DNA of 64,000 nt from Eledone cirrhosa. Its lineage: Eukaryota. Of the stretch, positions 43,960 to 58,064 are shown piece by piece. A program made the position numbers and the translations under genes. How positions within the stretch are numbered: position 1 is the first letter of the stretch; every line of letters starts with the position of its first letter. Under the pieces are notes generated by a model. The model was not told where the DNA came from. It made no database searches and saw only the letters and a program-made list of their open reading frames with translations. The stretch spans positions 48,546,001 to 48,610,000 of the forward strand of contig OZ024747.1 of the NCBI GenBank assembly GCA_964016885.1, given 5' to 3'.

Positions 43960-44430
43960 CATGTAATGTAATGCTTCCTCGACGACCGCAGCCTAATACC
44001 AACTCGGAACATGTCCCCTCTTCAGAGCAAGCACCATGCGATGTCTTAATGGATGGCATTACCATGCTGCAATTGTATGTTGAAGGCCTCATCAAAACCA
44101 AGGTGAATATCTTTGAATACTTTTTACAGACCCATAATGTCACAGCAGTTCTCCTCCAAGAGAGGTTTACTACTGATAGTTCTCGATTAAAGGTCCCTGG
44201 TTTCACCTTAGCTGCAGCCATTGCAACTCATATTCATAGGATTGCCATCTTCATCAGGGTTACAGCTGTATAGAAAGCATTAGCTTTCCTCCCTACCAAA
44301 TTCAACTGTAGAATGGGCGGCAACTCAAATTGAAGGGGATATCGTCTCGTGGATATCTACAAACCACCCACATCTCGATTTCAGGCAGATTCACTCCCTG
44401 TCTCTGACACATCCTGCATTTATGTTGACC
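43960..44430 (+). pseudogene. APE endonuclease N-terminal fragment of an Ingi/Vingi-like (I-group) LINE
   Basis: MLQLYVEGLIKTK..VTAVLLQE..LKVPGF..HRIAIFIR, then VDIYKPP. Confidence 0.65.
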
Positions 44431-44829
44431 TAAAGTTTTTGTTTGTTTCTATTTTTAAATAGATTCAAATCTTACCAACATCTGGTTTTCATGCCTGTAG
44501 TGGCTGGAGCTTGTCTCGCTTTCATGGACATTAAGCGACTGAAAGTAAAACATTCTCCACTGGATAGGCCACCAATCCGTCACAAAGCTAACCCTCACCT
44601 GCTGCTGCTAGTATATATTATCTTTGGCTGTGAGAACGCTGTGCTTCAGTCGATCTGAGTATCGAACCCAATTGTGAGTACAATTGTGAGCCCAAAACCC
44701 TTGTCTCTTCACATCCCTCATTAACCAAAGAGTATAATTTTATGGAAAAGACATCCATGATTTAGACGAAGGTCATTCATTAATGGTTGTGAGAAAAGAG
44801 AGAGGGATAGAGATAGAAAGATAGATAGA

Positions 44830-45035
44830 GAGATATCTTTCTTTATTTGCTACAGGGGCGTACAAAAAATGGGACATTACAAGACGTGACGGTGGGGGTT
44901 TTACATAACAATCATATAACTTTAACACATTAATAAATAACAATAAACTATATATAATAAAATAACAATTGAAATCGCCAACGGGGGGGGGGGGGGGGGC
45001 GTTACTGCAAGGTTGTTTTACACCCCGTGGATAGA
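44830..45035 (-). mobile_element. Possible 3' UTR fragment of another Tx1-like family
   Basis: Same layout as 1-160 (TTTCTTTATT poly(A) signal, AT-rich run, poly-G); weak similarity. Confidence 0.35.
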
Positions 45036-45904
45036 ACAACCCTCAACACCAGGAACACGTTTTGTAGGTGTTCCAGTCTTCCCTCTGTTTATCTTCCTCA
45101 AACTACAAGTTTATACACAGAGAAGGCCCATTTAGATAGATAGATAGATATAGAGAAAGAGGGCAAGAGAGAGAAAGAGTTAGAGAGAGAGAGAGAGAGC
45201 GGGTAAAAGAGAGAAAAAAGGCGCGGGCAAGAGTGAGAGAGAGAGCGGGTGAGAGAGAGAGAGAGAGAGCGGGTGAGAAAGAAAGAAAGAGAGAGAGACA
45301 GACAGACAGGCGCGGGAATAGAGCGTGTGTTAAAGATATCTTAAACGAAAACTCACATACTTAAAACTTATGTTTCATTTGTATTGCTTCTAAAACAAAC
45401 TCTTCAAAGTTCACCTTCTCATTGTGCTTAATACTGATTGTGTACGATATTTTACATTTAATATATCCTAAAAACCTCAAGCTCATTCATTCACACAGTC
45501 ACATAGTCACACAATACCGTATCGTATGTCTTAACTCTTTATATACATTGTTTAAGTGTAAACAGAATGTGTTGAATTTATACAGAGTTTGTTTAAAACA
45601 GAATTAAGAAAAGTGGGTGGGGCGAGGGCTGGAAGTGGAGGAGAAATGTTGAATAGTGAAGAATTATTTACATTGACACATAAACCTCAGATCTATAAGA
45701 CATGTGTGTGTATGTGTGTATGTTTGTGTGTGTGTGTGTGAGAGAGTGTGTGAGTGTGTATGAGAGTGTGTGTGTGTGTGTATGTTAAAGTGTGTATGTG
45801 TGTGTGTGTGTAGCCAGAACATGGCCGAATATTTTAAAAGTTCGCTTTACAATGATGAAGTCCCGGTTTTGATCCTACAGCGGGGAATCTTGGGCAAGTG
45901 AAAT

Positions 45905-46670
45905 TGACCTGAGCAGACTGATCTGCATATTAGCAGATCCACTGATCAGTCAGATTTGCATATCACAGATAGGCCAGTCAGTTTCATGTGAACGAGCGAT
46001 TAATGGCCGGCTTTGCCATATTCAAATAATAAAAAAAAAAAAAGTTATCGCTCTACATGGCTGAATGCAATAAATGTAATCTGAGTTTTTCGAATATTAA
46101 TAATCGTTTCTACTTTTGGCACAAGGCCAGCAATTACCCAGTGCATTACTGGTACTTTATTTTATCGACCCCGTAAGGATGAAAGGCAACGTTAACCTCG
46201 GCGGGATTTGAACTCAGACCATAAAGGGTCGTAACTCTTTGCTACAAAGCATGGCGTCAGACCTTCTACCGATAATGCCAATCCACTCATAATAATATTC
46301 GATTCGTTTGCAATTATGCAAACAGTCTCTTTTAAGCCATGCCAGTAGAATGACTCCCTCATTCTTGCTCTTGTGTTAATTAATCGCTCGTATACATGAA
46401 ACTGACTGGCCAGTCTGCTGATATGCAGATTAGGCTGATCAGTGGATCTGCTCAGCCAGTCTGCTAATATGCAAATCAGGCTGATCAGTCACTGTATATT
46501 TTAGAGAATATCATATAGCTCTGACAGCTGGCAGGTGAACAGTGAACTGCACTGATGAAGGGTAAGGATGAAAAGCAAAGTTAACCTCGGTGGGATTTGA
46601 ACTCAGAAGGTAAAGGGCCATAACTCTATGCTTCAAAGCGTGGTGTCCGATACTGCCAATCCACCACCCT
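45905..46670. mobile_element. Rearranged copies of the family G element plus two SINEs
   Basis: Matches 60548-61262 in both orientations; HHR truncated after GAACTGCA-CTGATGA-AGGGT at 46563 by a SINE. Confidence 0.75.
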
Positions 46671-47219
46671 GTCTAAATTGAAATCAATACCACTACTGCT
46701 GCTAACATCACCTGCCAATGCTTGGTATTTTAGTTCTCAACACCTAATGATCTTGTAGAAAAAATTTTAAATGGGTTTATTAATTCAAATGTTTACAGCA
46801 TTTTTGATAGTGAAAATCGCTGTGAAAATTCGCATATTTAAAGAAACATCTTTTTAATGTGATGCAATAAGAGTGCTGGTTTGTATTTTTCAAGAATGTT
46901 TGTTAATGTGGTTTCATGTGGTTTGTTCATTCAAATGTTTAGAGTATCTTCATTATGGAACAGATTGTTGTGAAGATTTACACAATAATTGTTTCTACTT
47001 TAGGCACAAGGCCCGCAATTACTCCTGGTGCTTTATTTTATCGATCCCGTAGGGATTACATAATAATAGAAACTACTTCAATTTTTCTAATGTGTTGCAG
47101 TCATATTACTGTTTTGAACATTTCAAGAATATTTTGCTAATGTCGTTTCATGTAGTTAATGCGTTACTGGACGCTGAACAGTTTATGGCAGAACTGTTGA
47201 CGATGTTATTCTCGGCCTC

Positions 47220-47552
47220 TTTGGTTGTTCTTGTTCTTATTGTTGTAGAGATCTTGTTGTTGTTGTTGTTGTTGTTGTTGTTACTGTTGTTTCAATTGTT
47301 CTTACTGGTGGTGTTGTAGATGTTGTTCTTGTTAGCGGTGGTCTACTGTTTGTAGATGTTGTAGTTGTTGTTGTAGTAGTTGTAGTTGTGGTAGCTGCTG
47401 CTATCCTTGTCGTTGTTGTTGTTGTTGTGTTATAGTTGTAGTTGTAGTTGTAGTTGCTGTAGTTGTTGTAGTTGTAGTAAAAGTTGTAATTGTTGTAGTA
47501 AAAGTTGTAATTGTTGTTGTTGTTGTTGTTGTAGTTATTGTTGTTGTTGTTG
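47220..47552. repeat. (TTG)n/(TAG)n compound low-complexity repeat
   Basis: Direct read. Confidence 0.9.
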
Positions 47553-47776
47553 TATTTTGACAGGAAGTTTATCAAATATCTTAAATTTCCTATTTCTCAT
47601 ATTTTCTCTTTTTGTGTTCTGTTTTATTCTCCCCCCCCCCATTCTCTCTCTCTTTCTCCCCTTCTCTCTGTCCCCTATCACCCTCATGTCTGTATATGTA
47701 TTCGAATTCCTCAAACTCACTTTTCATATCTATAAATATTTGCATACATATATACTGTATATATATATATATCCCC

Positions 47777-47852
<76 letters not shown>

Positions 47853-47925
47853 CCCCACTCTCAAGAGCGTGAAACTAATAAAACTTTGTTTGTACTGCCT
47901 CTCTATTTTGTTCCCGTTCCATTTT

Positions 47926-47972
<47 letters not shown>

Positions 47973-48010
47973 TCATATACATATATATATATATATATGG
48001 ATATATATAT

Positions 48011-48051
<41 letters not shown>

Positions 48052-48850
48052 TGTATATATATATGGATATATATATATATATATATATACATAATTATAT
48101 ATATATATATGTGTGTGTATGTATAAATAAATATAAATTATATAAGATTATATTATTCAATTTATTCAATACCAAGTAACATCAAACTGAGAGCCATAAC
48201 AGCTGACTTCATATTTCAGTGATATTTGAGAACCAGGGCAGTGTCCATATTCTCCTTACTTATATTCATTCTAGACAAATGGCTGCTAAGAATATATGGG
48301 TCAGCTTAATGTACATAACGCTTGTATAATTAGATTAATGGAACTGAAAATTGTTGGCCGGTCTTAAATAGCTCCTGGCTTCCTTATTTATGAACGATAA
48401 ATTTATAGCTGAAACGACGATATGACGGCAATGAAGGGACACAAAGTGAAATGATTTCCTTCCTTCTGTCATTATAAGAGCGGTATTGTGGTTGAATTGA
48501 TAAAGCATCGGGTCGGATATTTTTTTTTTTTGGGGGGGGGGGGGTACTTGTTCCAGATCTTTGAGTTCTTAGTTCAAACCCCATTGAAGTCTGTTTGCCA
48601 TTCATACTTTCGGAGTCTGTAAAGTAAATTTGCTGTCCAGGGCGAAAGATTGGAAGAATTGTTAGAATGTCAGACTAAGATACTTTGTGGTATTTGTTCC
48701 AGCCCTTTGGGTTTTGAGTTTCAAAGCTCAATGTCGAGCTACTTGATTTAATCCGTCGCTCAGTTTAACACCACTGTCTGGTCTTTGGCTGCCTTTGTCA
48801 CAGTCTTTTTTGTTGCAAACATTCGAGACCTTATTTCCGGTTTAAGGATA

Positions 48851-48962
<112 letters not shown>

Positions 48963-48979
48963 GTCTCCGAGTAAGAATA

Positions 48980-49029
<50 letters not shown>

Positions 49030-49241
49030 AAGTTAAATAAAAGTCAAATGATTAAAATTTAGCTTCGTTTATTACTGCTATATATATTTCAGTGACAGCC
49101 ATCTTTGGCTGTGACCTCTTCAGGCAGTTTGAATTAGTATGGTATAGACAAGTACATATGTTGTTTAGGTGTATGATATTGTCAATACTCTGATATGCCC
49201 AGTTCCTTGTTGGGTTGTTAATTCACTGAGGAACTGGAGTC

Positions 49242-49272
<31 letters not shown>

Positions 49273-49402
49273 GATAAATCGTAGATAAATGTAGATAAAT
49301 GCCAATTCTAACACATATATATCCTAGAAACGATCGTTAAATAATGAACTTTTTTTGTTTAATATAAGGAACTGTTTCATTGTTTTATTCATTATTTTTT
49401 TA

Positions 49403-49453
<51 letters not shown>

Positions 49454-49479
49454 ATGTATGTGTACACACATACTGGAGT

Positions 49480-49532
<53 letters not shown>

Positions 49533-49628
49533 ATATGTATGTGTAAAGGTAAACAGAGATAACAACACAATCGGTACAGTATATGGAAGGGATATATTAG
49601 GTTAACGCTTGATATAGCAGGAAGAGGG

Positions 49629-49664
49629 TCTTAACGTTTCGGCCGCTAGTCCTTCATCAGAAGA
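49629..49664 (-). ncRNA. Minimal hammerhead (family I); mutated copies at ~27516-27560 and ~30798-30842
   Basis: TCTT-CTGATGA-AGG(ACTAGCGG)CC-GAAA-CG-TT-AAGA; palindromic AACGTT helix III. Confidence 0.65.
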
Positions 49665-49847
49665 AAGAATGAGAAATAAGATAGATTGAGAGGACGGGCG
49701 GGTTATAGCGAGATACACCAAGCGTATACTACCAGATACAGTCCTATACAAGCGAGACACAGTCACCCGATCAATCTGGTCTCAAGTGGGACAATTCCCA
49801 TCTAACTCATGCTAGCGTGGAAGATAGACGCTAAATGATGATGATGA

Positions 49848-49922
<75 letters not shown>

Positions 49923-49923
49923 C

Positions 49924-49957
<34 letters not shown>

Positions 49958-49965
<8 letters not shown>

Positions 49966-52900
49966 TGCAAACTCTGCCAAGAGTATTGCAATCGCTTGTC
50001 AGATTCAGATGTGTGACGCTCGGATATGGCTTTTCAAGCCTGCTAGAGACTTGCACTCCTTCACACATTGACGACAACTATGGATTTTCTCTGGCTTGAG
50101 GTCCTGCATCAGGTTGCCCGTGAACCCTCACAGCACCGTGGAGATCATAGTTCACTGGTTCTCTTTGAACATGGCTACGACTGTGGCTCCTGAGACCAGA
50201 TTTGCTCAAGCAAATTTTTCCACACTCAGGGCACTTCAATTCAATGGAGACACCGATCGTTTCGAGAGATATACCAGGGCATTGCTTACGCACATCCCGT
50301 TTGATCTTCTCGTGCTCTATGCGTCTGTCCTCAAAATTATGGAACCCATCATTCCCCATTCCACGCCAAGTTTCTCTTTCAAGAGTTTCTATCTCCCAGT
50401 CAACCATCATCAAACCAGTTTTTTTTAATGAGTCCTTTACACAATCCTTGAATCGGAGCCTTGGCTTGTGAGGTGTTCTCTTACCCTCACAAAGCTCGCC
50501 ATACAAGAGTTGTTTTGGGATTCGATTATCCCCCATTCTGCAGAGGTGTCCGGTTCATCGCAAACGCCGCTGGTGGATGATACTCTCAATGCTCCGACAC
50601 TCACTTCTCTCAAGGACCTCAACACCACTCACATGCATCTGCCACTTAATACCGAGCATCTTTCTGAGACACTGCTGGTGAAACCGTTCCAGTCTGTGGA
50701 TATGCCGTTTGTAGGCGACCCATGTCTCACATGCATACAGCAAAGCTGACAGTACACATGCAGCATACACTTTCACCTTGGTCCTCATTGTGATTCCTCG
50801 CCTGCACCAAAGACAGTCGTTGAGCCTTCCAAATGACTCACTTGCCTTACTAACACGTAGACCAACTTCTGTATCCAGAGAGCAGGCCACACCCAGAGTA
50901 CTCCCCAAATAAACAAATATGTCAGCAGCCTTCAGCTTTTGACCGTATACATACATATGGATGGTTCATTGAAAACTTTATCCGGAGCAGGTTGGTACAT
51001 GACGACAGTCTTCTTCAGACTGATTGTCAGTCCCAAAGCACTGCACGCATTGGAAAAAGAATCCATAAGGTGTTGCATGTCACTCTGGGGGTGTGCAAAG
51101 AGATCACAATCATCTGCATATAAAAATTCTCTGATCAAGGTACTCATTACTTTAGTGTTGGCAGTGAGACGCCTATGGTTAAACAGCTTGCCGGAAGTGC
51201 GATATCTGAGATAGATACCGTGTTGACAATCCTTGAAGGCCATGAAGAACACCATTGCGAAATACAAGGCAAACAAAGTTGGTGCAGGTATAACACCCTG
51301 CTTGACACCATTTTCAACCGAGATTGGCTCAGACAGATTACCTCAAACATTAACCCATGCCTGCATGTCATCGTGGAAGAGTTTCAGAATGTTCACAAAC
51401 CTTTCAGGACAGCCCAATTTCTCCAAAATAACCCACAAAGCCTTTCGATTAATGGTGTCAAATGTCTTGGTCAGATCGACAAAAACTTGGTCCCTGCGCT
51501 GCTCAATGCATTTCTCTTGAAGTTGTTTGGCCGAGAAGATCATGTCAACAGTGCCTCTGCCATTCCTAAAGCCACATTGGGACTCAGGAAGTACTTCAAC
51601 AGCAATGTGCTGTATCAATCTGTCCAACAATATACTGCACAAGATCTTCCCAGCCACAGATAGCAGTGAGATACCTCTGTAGTTGCCACAGTCATCTTTG
51701 GCTCCCTTTCTTTTGTAAAGTTCCACCATCAATGCATCTTTCCAATCCTGTGGCACATCTTCTTCGTTCCAAACATTCACAAAGAGATCAGTGAGGCGGT
51801 TTAAGAAGTTATCACCAGCACACTTGAAAATCTCGGCACTCAGTCCATCCATTCCAGGTGACTTGCCGCTGTTTAATTTGGCAATGGCCTTCGCCACCTC
51901 ATCAAATGAAGGAGGATCAGCCAATGCCAGCTTTGTAGGTCTGGATGGAATCAACTGGATAAACTCATCATCAATTTCTGATGGTCTGTTGAGAAGCTCA
52001 TCAAAGTGGTCATGCCACCTGATCAGGATTTCCTTCGGATCTCTGAGCAATTCCTTGCCGTCCCTGGAGCAAAGTGGTGATATTTGTGAACCGGTCGGAC
52101 CATACACCTCCCTGAGCAGACTGTATAAGAGCTTTGTATCATGTCTATCTGAGGCCTTCTGGATTTCATCAGCCTTTTGGCTCCAGCAGGTATCCTGCAT
52201 GGCTCTCAATCGATGTTGCACACGTACCTTGATCTGCCTGTAGGTCCGGTCACTCCTGTCAGAATGTGTCTCACACAACAATGATGTCAGCACTTTTTGT
52301 TTCTCTTCAAGCAGGGTCTGGATCACTGCATCATTTTCATCGCACCACTCCTTATGCTTTCTATTGGTATGACCTAAAACTCCAGCACTAACATCATAGA
52401 CGGTTTTATTCAATGATTCCCAAGTGTTTTCACATTCCATGGAGCCAAGGGACCTCGAGAGATCAGCTCTGACTCTCTCTATTTTCAGACGAGCCACGTT
52501 TAGTTGTTTTGGAAGTGCAACCTTCTTCTCCCTTACTTTGGGCTTCACAACAAATTGAAATTTGGCGCGCACCAGACGATGATTAGTCCAACATTCCGCG
52601 CCTCGCAATACACGAACCAATGGGATATCCCTGATATCACGTTTAGTCGTTAAAACGAAGTCAATAAGGTGCCACTTCTTGGAACCTGGATGCATCGAAG
52701 TTGTCTTATATTTGTCTTTCTGCTGAAAGAGCGTGTTCCCAACAACAAGATCTATCTCAGTGCACATCTGAAACAGAAGTAGGCCATTGTTATTGCACTT
52801 ACCCACTCCATGCTTGCCCATCACACTCCAAGCTTCCCACTTATTACCATCACGTGCATTAAAATCACCAAGGATGATAATCTTGTCTGCATAAGGTATA

Positions 52901-53946
52901 CCTCTCTCAAAGACATGTAGAAACTTAGTTTTTCATCATCACTGGCACACATAGTAGGAGCGTACACACTGACCAGAGTCACAAAGCGGTTTTGAATCAG
53001 GAGGGACTCTCATGGACATTATCCGATCTGGATTTGAATCCATAAGGAGTATTTTCCAGCTTTGAGACAATTCCATTCCTGACAGAAAATGCGACCCCTG
53101 CCTCTCTCCTACAACCCTCTGCTCCACCACTCCAATAGAAGGTATATCCTCTCTTCTGTTCTGTGAATTGACCCTCACCTGCCAATCTCGTTTCTGAAAG
53201 AGCAGCGATGTCCATGCTATAGCGATTGAGTTCCCTCGACACCAAAGCAGATCTTCTTTCAGGTCGAGTTTTACTGGACTGGGAATCCAGTAAAGTTCTT
53301 ACATTCCAACATCCAATATTCAGAGGTTTGGACCTCCTTGCAGTTGTAGGATGACGACCGGGCCCACGCTGCGGTGCCATGGGACACCTGCCGGGCCAGA
53401 CCCCTTCACAATAAGTTCCAGAGCCCTTACTGCCATTGACTACAAGGTTATCATCTGTCATCATAGAGTTTGGTGCACTTTTAGACTACGGCCAGCCACA
53501 CGAACCTGTAACAGATCCTGAACAAGCGATGCCTGTGCTTTGAAGGTTTTTTTTAAAGTGAGTAAAGGTCTTGCACGCGACCAATCCCACTCTCTGAGCA
53601 TCGAAAACACTACCCGAAAAGGAGAACTGGTCAACATCATCGGATGCTTCCGAAGCCGCAGGTTTTTTTTCAGAGTTTTCCTCTCCGAGAAAGATGTTGT
53701 GACAACAACTGGGGGGGGGGGGGGGGGCCCTTCACTCCCAGGTAAAAAAAAAAGTACTATTTAGATGGCCGTTGATTCTGCTGAGTTCTTCCGCCCTTTA
53801 CGGGTCTTGTATTTCATGCCGCAGGGTGTCCAAATATCACCCTCCTCACCAAGCAAGCTTGGTGGGGTTGCCAGCTTAGTCGCCGACAATGCGACCATGA
53901 GACAGGTAGTACTGGGTTACATGTTACCAGTAGCACTCGAGAGCAA
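49958..53946 (-). mobile_element. RTE/BovB-like LINE, near full-length, frameshifted
   Basis: IGCWNVRTLLD, AALSETRL, LIDFVL, SPGMDG, NYRGISLLS, PESQCGFR, FVDLTKTFD, FLYADD, LLYACETW, two C2H2-like fingers at the C-terminus; structured 5' leader at 53760-53946. Confidence 0.93.
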
Positions 53947-54256
53947 CCCCCCCCCCACCACACGCACATATATATATATATATATATACACATATATTAT
54001 ATATATGTATATACATACATATATATATTGTACCTGATTGCATTTTCGTTGTTGTGGTGGGTTCTGTGGCTTTGTCCCCTCAACCACAGTTTTCAATTTG
54101 TCATACTATCTAACGTATGTTTATAACTCTAAGGAGTAACCGATCGAGTTATCGATCCATTCTTATTGAGTGTTTCGTGCAAATTCGAATATTTGTTCTA
54201 TCGCGGTGTTGGCCGATCGTCACAACTTCGATTTTACTAACCTTACCTTCCAATCG

Positions 54257-54340
<84 letters not shown>

Positions 54341-55138
54341 GAAATGACAGGAGGCTGGATTTGTGTAAATCCTTGAAAGGTTTATTATACTATGATCATT
54401 TCAATGACCGGGTTCCGTATGAATCCGGTGATATCATCCGGTATTCGAAATATAATACGTGAATGTAATAGGTAAAATCCATGGGGCTGAAAATCGAGAC
54501 CCGAGGGCGACCGCTATTCTGTTCCTTCAACCTCAGCCGGTCGCCCTGGAGTGACGTGGCTAAATTTTATAGTATGCTACTACCGGTCAGATGAACGAAA
54601 ACAGAAAGGGATGGGAGCATAGGTTAACGTCGATCCCATGACACAAGGTAAAAGAAAGAAAGGAAGGAGAAGAAGGGGGAAGAAAGAAGAAGAGAAGTCA
54701 GGGTTAATGTCAGCTAAAAGAGCAAGGCAACTACTACTGGTCAGATATAGGCAAGCAAGAGGGGGAAGGAAGATAAGTCTGCGGGAGGAAGACAGGAGGA
54801 GGGGAGGAGAGAAGGAAGGGAAGAGAGAAGTAGAAAAGTAAGGGTTGATGGCTACAAGAAGGAAGATAGAAAGAAAGAGGAAGAAAGGTCGATATTAATG
54901 TCAGACCACAGTCAAGCCAGGAGTGACGCGAGAAAATTTTCACAGGGACCCGCATCTTAGCGGAGGTGAATATATTGGGAGTCAGTGTTTTACAGTGTTT
55001 AGACTTCTAAGATGAAGTTAAAAAAATTAATAATCAATATTCAATATTAAAGAGGTTAGAAAATTTAAAGTTCAACAGTTTAACATTTAATTATATAATA
55101 GTTCCGATTTGTTCTGTAATTTAAAGGTACTATTTGGC

Positions 55139-55206
<68 letters not shown>

Positions 55207-55845
55207 TAAACGGAATAGAAAATGCTGACAAATTGTTCACGGTTGAAAAATGGTTTAATTAGGAATAAAAGAGTATTAGTGATTGTATGGGTTAGTATAA
55301 TCAGAAAGACAAATATAAGACAACTTGCTCTGATCATTGTTCTAGAACACAAATAGCCTCCCAATCTATGGAATCGAAGGCACGACATTACGACTGTGAG
55401 TCGAACAGTAGGACGTTGCAGCTTCACAGTAAAGAGACGAGAATGATTAAAATGAACACCACATGTTCTAAATATTGAAGATGTCATGATGCGGACGAAA
55501 ATGTCGGGTGAACAACTATTCAGATATATTTCACCTTAACGACTGTAGAATAAAATAAACAGGAAGGACGTATTCCATGATAATGTACAGGCGAAGAGAC
55601 TATTTGAAGGAGAGCGGGTGGTCATGGATGGAATGTCCTTCAAAATAGTTCTGCTCAATCAGAGCTGAGCTGGAGCTAAACAAAAACAGCAACAAGGACA
55701 AAAACAATATATATATATATATATATATATATGTGGGTATGCGTGTGTATATATATGTAAATATATATACCCCCCACTCTCAAGCGTGAAACTAAAAACC
55801 ATATTTGTACTGCCTCTCTGTTTTTTGCTCTCTGTTAATTTATTC

Positions 55846-55917
<72 letters not shown>

Positions 55918-56087
55918 ATAACGAAGGAGGTGTGGTAAGGAACCAGGTGGACCATAACGCACCAGAGTACTCAATACTTAGAGTAGTAGAGTGGGTAATA
56001 GGAAAATGTTTGACCCCGACGGCAGAGTTCAAGCCTTTTCGACGGCTATTAAACGGCTTCAGCTCTGCCGTCGAGGTCAAACCTTTT

Positions 56088-56130
<43 letters not shown>

Positions 56131-56273
56131 GTTATTGAATCGGAGGTAACCACAGTAAGTAAGGTACCCGATACATAGCAGAGTATAACATTTTTAATAT
56201 GGATGAGATTCTACAGGACTAGAACTGTTTCATTCTTTAGAAATCATCAGGAATCTCTGTTCATTTATTCAAC

Positions 56274-56337
<64 letters not shown>

Positions 56338-56388
56338 ACGAAGGAGGTGTGGTGAGGAACCAGATGGACCATAACACACCAGAGTACT

Positions 56389-56451
<63 letters not shown>

Positions 56452-56452
<1 letters not shown>

Positions 56453-57324
56453 GAGGTGTGTCAGAAAAATTCCAGGACTGATGTCATAAAAGATTTATTT
56501 CAAACCCAAACTTCACACTAAAAGTTTTCTCCTTCAACGTAATCCCCCTGGATTATGAAACTGTAATCTTAGCTCTCTGCAGCGATAAAACTTTTTTCTT
56601 CATAATTTTATATACATGTCATCTGTTTCAGGTCGTCAAGCAATGAGCACAGAGCAACGAACAAACTTGAAGTTTCTGGTACGGTTGGGGAAAACTCCGT
56701 CAGAAGCACTGGGATTACTGCAACAAGTGTATGGAGATGAGACGATGTCACGCTCACGTGTTTTTCAGTGGTGCAAGATGACCCCAGGAGCGGAAGGCCC
56801 TCAACAACGAGGACTGAGATCAACGTCGAGCGCGTCAGGTAGATGGTGCGTAGCGATCGTCGGCTGATTGTTCGTCTGATGACAAATGAGCTGGGCATGA
56901 ATCGGGACAGCGTCTGGCAGATTCTCACTGAAGATTTGGACATGCGGAAAGTCTGCGCGAAGATGGTGTCAAAACTGCTGAACAATGACCAGAAGGGTCG
57001 ACGCATACAAGTGTACAAGGACATCCTTGAGCATCTTGAAACCGAATCAGACTTGCTAGGGACAGTCATCACCGGTGATGAGTCATGGATCTTTGAGTAC
57101 GACCCGGAGAGGACCCGTTTTGAAGACGTGGGCATCATCAAAAAGGCCGTGACGACGGAACTGCGGAGGATCCCGGAAGAATCCTTCCAGCAGTGCATGC
57201 AAGCGTGGCAGAAAAGGATGGAAAAGTGCATTAGACTCCAGGGGGATTACTTTGAAGGAGAAAACTCTTGGTGTGAAGTTTGGGTTTGAAATAAATCTTT
57301 TGTGACATCACTCCTGGAACCTCG
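56452..57324 (+). mobile_element. Mariner-family DNA transposon, internally deleted (non-autonomous)
   Basis: TA flanks; ~100-bp imperfect inverted termini; EQRTNLKF, MSRSRVFQW, RKVCAKMV, VITGDESWIFEYDPE, GDYFE; second and third catalytic Asp regions are missing. Confidence 0.92.
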
Positions 57325-57332
57325 TATATATG

Positions 57333-57371
<39 letters not shown>

Positions 57372-57454
57372 TTTTATTTTTTATAATAATTTTAACACAA
57401 AAGCAAATCTTTCATTGGAATTCAAACAACATCATCTTGGTAAATATAATATAT

Positions 57455-57789
57455 ATGTCAACAGTAACAACACCAGTAACATCATCATCATCGTCAACAT
57501 TATCATCATCAACAAAACTAACACCTACAACGAAAGCAGCAGCAGCAACAACAACAGCTACAGCAACAGCAGCAGCAGCAGCAGCAACAACAACAACGCC
57601 AACTGCAGCAACAACACCTACAACGATAGCGGCGACAACAACTACAACAACAACAGCAGCAACAGCAACAACACCTACAACGATAGCGGCGACAACAACA
57701 ACACCAGCAGCAACAGCAGCAACAACACCAACGTCTACAGCAACACCAACAGCAGCAACAACATCTACAACAACAACAGCAGCAGCAGC

Positions 57790-57826
<37 letters not shown>

Positions 57827-57907
57827 CCAGTAACAACAGCAGCATCAACACCAACATCTACAGCAACACCAACTGCAGCAACAACACCTACAACGACAGC
57901 GGCGGCG

Positions 57908-57956
<49 letters not shown>

Positions 57957-58030
57957 CCACAGCAGCAACAGCAGCAACAACACCAACATCTACAGCAACA
58001 CCAACTGCAGCAACAACAGCATCTACAATG
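57455..58030. repeat. (CAA/CAG)-rich compound repeat with longer repeated blocks
   Basis: Recurring ACACCAACATCTACAGCAACACCAACTGCAGCAACAAC. Confidence 0.85.
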
Positions 58031-58064
58031 GTGACTAATGTAATAATTATGTGATCGTCTCCAG

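Noticed and set aside
57302-58054. Mucin-like Thr/Ala-rich ORF
   Set aside because: Open in several frames because of CAA/CAG repeats; no signal peptide, domain or splice support
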